Origin: Phyllosticta citribraziliensis
Lineage: Eukaryota
Assembly (NCBI RefSeq): GCF_038025025.1
Contig: NW_027117349.1
Coordinates: forward strand, 992,001-1,056,000
Length of the DNA stretch: 64,000 nucleotides
Direction: 5' to 3'
Shown: positions 57,659-64,000 of the stretch, in pieces
Position numbering within the stretch: position 1 is the stretch's first letter
Layout of the letters: each line of letters opens with the position of its first letter
The notes under the pieces: model-generated
Databases searched by the model: none
The model's input: only the letters and a program-made list of their open reading frames with translations
What the model was told of the DNA's origin: nothing
Position numbers and translations under genes: made by a program

Positions 57659-60598
57659 GATGGAGGATAGTTGGGATTTGAACGAGCAGATGAGAGAGAC
57701 AGATCGAAGCTAGCGGGGTTGATGGACGGGCAAAGTCGTGTTAAAGACTCTTTTTGAGGATACCTCCACCGTCACGTGGCGGGCGTTTTGTTGTTGGAAT
57801 TCAGCATGTGCCACTCTCCAATTGTTCTCCATGTCTCAAGTACCCGAGACAACCAAGATGGAAATGGGAGAACAAATGGAAACAACGCCGACCAGAGCGC
57901 GTTCGATCGCCGCGGTGTAGCCCAAAGATGGCCCCCAGGACGCTCATCCGCGGCTGTGGCTCACGGCCTTCCGCTTCTAGATGTTTTCCACCTCCGTATA
58001 TTTGCATGGCGCTGCAGCAAAAGAAGAATGTAACCTCAGATGCTGATAAGCAATTCGAACATACCGCCCGTAATCGCGTTTGCGCGGTAAAATGCAAAGG
58101 ACCGACATGCTCGTGGATCTGACGACTGCGGGCCTATTGGTAGACCACCGTAGGTATCGTTTGGAGCAAGCAGAAATAGGCAGGCGGATGCTGACAGGGT
58201 CCTTGGCAGATCTTGGCTGTAATGGCGACATGGTGGATTTTGCAAAATGCCGAGCATCAAATACGACTAGCGTTTAAGCATACATTAACGTTGGACCGCC
58301 GACTCCTTGGCGCCAATGCGGGCTGACCCTTATCGTTGGCCAAGCTAGTAGGGAAGAGCGATTGCGAAGTCTCGTCGGTCATGAGCGAAGAGAGAACTGC
58401 AATCATTGGTGAGTGGACATCATGTGGCCTGCTCTTATCGAACCATCTCTAGACGCAGCCGGTGAATAGCTCGAGAGAAAGGCGTAGACCGAGAGAGCGA
58501 CGGAAGAGGAAAGGAAAAAGTAGATGGTCGTCTTGGCACCGACGCCACCACAGGAACCGACGACTGCTAACTGGCTGAGATGGTCGCACAGCTGTTTGAG
58601 ATCAGCCAGAATCTACGCCCGGTCCTTTGAGTACACCAGGCAATTGTCAAGTATTGTCTACGGGCTGACGAACTGTCCGCGGGTGCAACTGTCTGGTCAG
58701 CGTAGCTTTGAGTGTCTGAAACGTGAGACACAGAACCCGGACCATGACATCGCGACGCCAACATGTGGATGTCGCAGCCAGAAGCGATAGCCACAGTCAG
58801 GAAAGCAAAACGGACTGGGTGGACCGGAAGAACGCGGATGTTTCAAAGTGCGGACCGACCGACAGCATTTGAAGTCGCCGTCTCGAGAGAAAGACAGGGA
58901 AAAAGAGACGAGACAAGGGACTTTCGAGCTTCCTTGAGAAATTGAGGTGTAAAGCTTCGTTCACCTACCAACTCGCAATCTGTTCCGGGAGTCAGTGTGA
59001 AGGGACGGCACACAATAGAAGGAAAACAAAGTGGACTAAGGGTCAGTATCTATCGTGGACGACGAAGTCGGAAGTGTAATGGAGGACTCAGTCCCATGTC
59101 CACCGGTCGAGCACTGCTGCGTCTCACATCCTTTTTTTTCGAGTCTATTTTGGCTCAGCGTCTCCAAGACAGAGGGAGATCGAACAGAGCCACCAGACTG
59201 TCGCCGCTCTGACCAAGGATCTGGGAAAGCGGGGAAAGGACAATGGCAAGAGCCACGACATGCATACTTATTGCAGTGGTCTGAGAGACGGGTCGCTTCT
59301 GCAGGTGGTGACGGCAACCTGCACCTGGGGAAGATCGTGTCCGTGTGGAGATCCAACGGGCACCACACAGCTGATCTAGTCCAAGCTCTTTTTAATGGAG
59401 TTCTCTCCCACCAAGCTGGGGTTGCGGCGTAGCTCGCGAATTTAAGACTGGAGGATCAGCACTCTTTACCCGCACACCGGACGACGTGGAGGAACGAGAA
59501 GCATCGGTAGGAATCTTCCCACCGCCGGTTCATATTCCCGGTACAACGCCATCAAGAACAAACAAACGCGGGACGCAGTGCCACCCGGGCACCGACGTCG
59601 TCTGGACAGCAAGCTGAGAGCAAGCCGGTTTCTGCCGAAGACGGGTGATCCAACATCAGACTTGCGTATTCAGCACATGGTCCATGACAGGAGAGTGACA
59701 TGTCAAAAGAAGAAAAGGCATCCCTTGCCAGCCAGCACACGGTGAGTGGATGTCGACTGCAGCCCGACTGTTTGCAGATGGATGCACTAGAGCTGTTGGT
59801 GCAATCCGGCAAGGAGACCACACGGGCCGAGCCGAGACTGGATAGGATGGCTGGATTTGGGATGGTGATAGGAAAACGACGGGACTGGGTGAGGGACGAG
59901 TCGGAGAGGGAGGCCATGGCGGGAGATTTCGAATAATGCCCGATGATGAGGATGGCCGACCAGGGACTGAGACGGGAACCAGGACCGCACGCACAGCCCT
60001 GAAAATAGCAAGATGTTGATGAAAAAAGATGATGAAAGAGGAGGCAGGACGACGGACAAGCACGCGAGTGGCCGGCCGCGTCAACGCAAGGACCGCCTGC
60101 ATGGCAACAGGGCAGCAGTAGACGTTGCCGACGTTTCAAGCTGCGGATTGCGTGTCTCGGCGGCCATGAGTTCTGGCGACGAAAACCAGCCGGGACGGCA
60201 GACGGGGCGACTCGGCTGACATCACCCGATACGCTCACTCCGGTCTCGCGACCTTTCTCTCTTTGCGCAACCCGGCCCAAACCATGCTCCAGAGTTTTCA
60301 GACTTTGCCATTCTGGCCCTGTGGCCCCTTCGCTGCCACCGGCACTCTGTGCGAGCCCCTTCACCATGCCAGATATAAGAGCCCCGAGCTCCTCAGTACC
60401 AAATTCGCCTCCATCAGACTTCAATTCACACATACAACTCTACTTCTCCTCCTACCATCGGCCCTGAGCTGCTGCACGCCACACATATAAACCAGCCAAT
60501 CACCTCTCTTCCGCCATGGATTCCAACTGCATGCACACCTTCCTCGACATCCAGCGCGAGCGCGACCAGAACCGCGCGAATCCGCTCGGCCTGGCCTC

Positions 60599-61729
60599 AT
60601 GGTTCCAACTGACGGCGCCGATCATCGGCAGCCCGAGCCCGGCTCCATCCTCATCATCGGCGTACGTTCCCCACTACTCTGCCAATCCCCCGCATTCTCA
60701 TCGCCGGCGACACACCACCACACCACCCTCTCGCTTCAATGCCCGTGCTGACTCTCGTGGAAACAGTCTCAAGCAAGAAACCCCCTCGCTCCCCAGCTCC
60801 ACCAATTCTTCCTCAACCTCGACCCCCCGCGCCCCGTCACCAGCGTAAACAACTCGCCGCCATCCCTCCTCGCCAACGCCCTGTCCGTCCACGCTCCCGA
60901 CCTCGTCATCTCTTCGATTGGTGCTCCGCATCCAAGTGCTCAGGACGACGCTGCCGCTGACCAGATTGCGCTCATCGACGCGTGTCTCGCGGCAGGCGTA
61001 CCGCGCTTGCTGCTCGTTCCGTTGCGCGCGGCTTCCGAGTCTGAGTTTGAGGATGTGGACGCTGGTGAAACTGATGGACGCGGTTGGGACGGCGTGACGG
61101 CGGGGGAAGCCCAGGCGCGCGTGTTACGGCACCTGCGCTCAGTGGCGAGGGGGAGTGGTGGGGACAAGGGGGAGAAAGAGCCAGGAGAGGGGGCATCGCG
61201 GACGTTGGAGTGGGTGGGCGTGGCGTGCGGGACAATTCTCGACGCCGCGCTCGTGAACGGGCAATTCGGCGTCGACATGAAGTGGGCGAGCGCCGAAGTG
61301 ATAGGTGACGGGGCGCGCGAGTTTGGCGCCAGCAGCACGCTGTGGGTCTGCCGCGCGGTCGCCGCCGTGGTCGAGCACTGGGACCGCATACCGCGGAACC
61401 AGCTCCTCCACGTCGCCGGCTGCGTGACTACGCCCAACGACGTACTGCGGTGTCTGGAGGCCGTCACGGAGCAGTCGTACCTCGTCAGCTTCGTGGCGGT
61501 CGAGGACGCGGCACACGAGGCGCGGAAGCGCATCGAGCGAGGCTTCGTGGACAAGGGCGCGGAGATGTTGGAGCGCTGCAATCTTTTGGCGTTGGGTGCG
61601 GACGAGGCTTTCAAGGATCGGTCCGCGAACGGCTTGCTTGGGTTAGGCCGGGAATCGGTCAGGGATATCGTGGGCGTTGCGGTTCACACTTTTCGACACA
61701 TGGATACCGTTGGCTGCGGCTGCGGGTAG
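60599..61729 (+). CDS. NmrA/isoflavone-reductase-like Rossmann-fold protein; intron at 60662..60766
   Basis: ATG 60599 MVPTDG...GSILIIG, a phase-0 intron GTACGT...CTGAC...CAG, then DLVISSIG, DQIALIDACLAAGVPRLL, LEWVGVACG, and VTTPNDVLRCLEAVT. Ends GCGCG*. Confidence 0.75.
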
Positions 61730-62077
61730 GGCGTCTCTATTTTGGAAATCCCATCTCTTCATTACTTCTCCCTTTGTGCACTACCGCGTGTTCTTCGAGG
61801 CTTTGACTTTGTTTCGCTGACCACAGGCCTACGGGAGGACTTCTGTTCCATCTTCAGCTTCTTCGCCCGGCACTTCCCTCAGATCAGGGGTAGGGCAGTG
61901 GATGTTTGTCGATATGGTCTTGGGTCTGGATCGTGAAGGTGGTGGGCTCAAGGAAAGCGGGATATTTTCTTGAGGGACGTGGCATTGTTTGCGTGCGCCG
62001 TATCGGGCACATGGCTGTGATCTGGCAAGAGCGCCGTCCTATTCACATGGTCAGTTGAGGGTGCGGTAGTTCTAGGT

Positions 62078-62291
62078 CTTGAATGCTCCTCAAGCGCGTA
62101 GTGTTCAGGGCACTGAATGCTTCTTGTTTCCACTTTTTGCGCGCTTGAATGCTCCCTACACCTTCCGGGTTGAGAAGTTGAATGCTCCTTGACTGCGTCA
62201 TGAAGAGGAGCTTGAATGCTCCTTATTTGCGTAATGGCAAGGGTATTGAATGCTCCCTGGCCGTGTTTCTTTCGACGCACGAATGCTCCTC
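62078..62291. repeat. Seven-unit repeat-spacer array: conserved (TT)GAATGCTCC(T/C) core every 32-34 bp with divergent ~20-22-nt spacers
   Basis: GAATGCT starts at 62081, 62115, 62147, 62180, 62214, 62248 and 62281 (spacings 34, 32, 33, 34, 34, 33). Six of the seven are perfect GAATGCTCC. Confidence 0.93.
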
Positions 62292-62834
62292 AGGTGCTGG
62301 CCCAATTCGTGGTGGAGAGGTAGGTGCTTTTGCCCTTTTTACTGTTGGACATCTTTCTCTGACTTGAAGGCCGAACTCTGCCCCGCGGCCAGCAGCGGGC
62401 ACAGTACTTGAGCTCGCCAGCTTGGGAAGTCGCAACGCTTGTGCTGGTTGGCAACAAACACTCTCCGCCGCCCTCTCCCCTTCTTCCATTTCTCTGCATC
62501 CCATCTCCTGACAACTATGGCCCATTGACCGTTTCCCTTAAACCTGGGTCGACCTCTGCAACCGCCGCGTACCGCCGCTCAGCAACCGCCTACGTCAACC
62601 CAAGCTGACCTCACATTCGTGGGTCCAAGGTACGCTTTCATCTGTGTAATTCCATCGCGATTGCAGGTCAACTAACAGCAATGGCGCAGAAGAAGCTGCC
62701 GATACCCAGTCACCGATTCTGCGGAGTTAGATACAGTACTAGGCCAAAAGTATTTACTTAATTAGCCAATAACGCAGAACACAAAATCGCGCACTTACAT
62801 CCCCCCCCTTTACTTTACTACCACTATAGCTCCA

Positions 62835-64000
62835 TATACTCTATTAGTATAAGTCTTTAGTACTTAAGAGTATTATAAGGAGCTTACTCTAGTTTAAAGA
62901 GCTCTTATTATTTTATCCTACTATTCTAGTAAGAAAGTCTTAATAATTACTTCTAAGCTTTCTATACTACTATTAATAGTTAAATATACCTTATAAAACT
63001 CTATACCTAACTATAGTAGTATATCTAAAGTATATACTAGTTAGCTAAGGGCTATATTAGATTAAGATAAATAGGTTATTATCTAGGAAGTATAAAAAAA
63101 TCTAAAAGTAATATATACCTAGCTCTATAATTTATATAGACTAATAATATTATCTAAAACCTATTACTATATTCTTAAGTAGTATAATATTACTAATTAG
63201 AAGGTAGCTAAGTAGCCCTTCCTTATAATTATATATATAGCTATTTAACTTACTTAGGCTAAGGTATAGTATAACTAGACTATAATAGATTAGGCTAAAC
63301 TTATCTAGTCTAATAAGTACTCTATAAAGTATAGTAAGGGTAAATAATATAAATAGATCTTCTATATACTAGACTAGAAGTAGGAGTAGGAAATAATTAA
63401 AATATATAAGAAAGGAAAAAATATATTAGTTATAGTCTAAATAATATTTTCTAGTACTCTTAAAAGGAGTAATCTCTTTATAATAATAAGAGATCTAGAG
63501 GTAAAGAGGAAGAGCTACTCTACTAACTTCTATCTTTAAGTTTTAGATAAAATAATTCCTACTTTATAGGAACCTAGTATAACCTTTATATAGAATAATA
63601 CCCCTATCTATAAGTTAAAGAAGATTATAAAATAGTTTAAAACTATAGCTATACCCCTTATTAATTAGCCCCCCTATTTACTAGTATAGGTAGGACTAGC
63701 TACTTACTAATATACTTACTTAGCTAGCTAAAATACTAGTACTAGAAGAGGTATAAGAGATAGTAACTAGTAGTAAATAAGTAGGCTCTATAGAATAGGA
63801 ATAAAATAACTACTAAACTAACTAAAATAAGCTACTATCTAGCTATTATTTTACTATCTAAGTAGTATAAGACTTAAGTATAAATAAATAAATAACTAAG
63901 TATTTAGTAGATAGTAGTTTAACTAAGTATAAAAGACTTTATTTATATAAGTAGTACCTCTTAATAAGTAGCTATAAAAGGGAGTATATAACTAGCTAAT
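62835..64000. mobile_element. AT-rich, RIP-degenerated repeat (probable transposon relic; family unrecognisable), continues beyond the window
   Basis: Abrupt AT enrichment with TpA everywhere. By eye there is no CpA, TpG or CpG after ~62835, and the track lists no ORFs here. Confidence 0.88.

Noticed and set aside
59552..60433. 293-aa minus-strand ORF
   Set aside because: No recognisable motifs; composition is like intergenic DNA.
62078..62291. Bona fide CRISPR array
   Set aside because: Eukaryotic context, a repeat of only ~9-12 nt, no cas genes or leader, and spacers partly related to each other. Kept as a repeat array instead.
62078..62291. AbaA/TEA-domain binding sites
   Set aside because: The reverse strand reads CATTCA or CATTCG rather than the CATTCY consensus.

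Overview
Eukaryotic, intron-containing DNA from a filamentous ascomycete (short GT-AG introns with CTRAC-type branch sites, RIP signature; the class is not determinable from sequence alone). The left part (1-35.4 kb) holds conserved housekeeping genes, four pairs of them divergently transcribed: an F-box/WD40 protein (partial), a small membrane protein, a GH5 glucanase, myotubularin YMR1, RPS3, a GPI cell-wall protein, AIM18, NSE3, SPP1, FRS1, TPD3, RLP24 and PAM18. From about 36 kb the window becomes accessory-like: six co-oriented, highly diverged paralogous F-box genes followed directly by a stand-alone atypical (HGD) kinase, then a secreted periplasmic-binding-protein-like gene, a multi-pass membrane protein, a secreted LVIVD/choice-of-anchor-B-like protein and an NmrA-like protein. 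It ends in an AT-rich, RIP-saturated block. The two most unusual signals are (i) the F-box array plus kinase and (ii) a family of ~33-bp-period repeat arrays with a conserved GAATGCTCC/GGAGCAKTC core and divergent spacers, clearest at 62.08-62.29 kb and with related copies at 13.8, 38.1 and 47.8 kb. All family assignments come from motif recognition by eye; no database searches were run.
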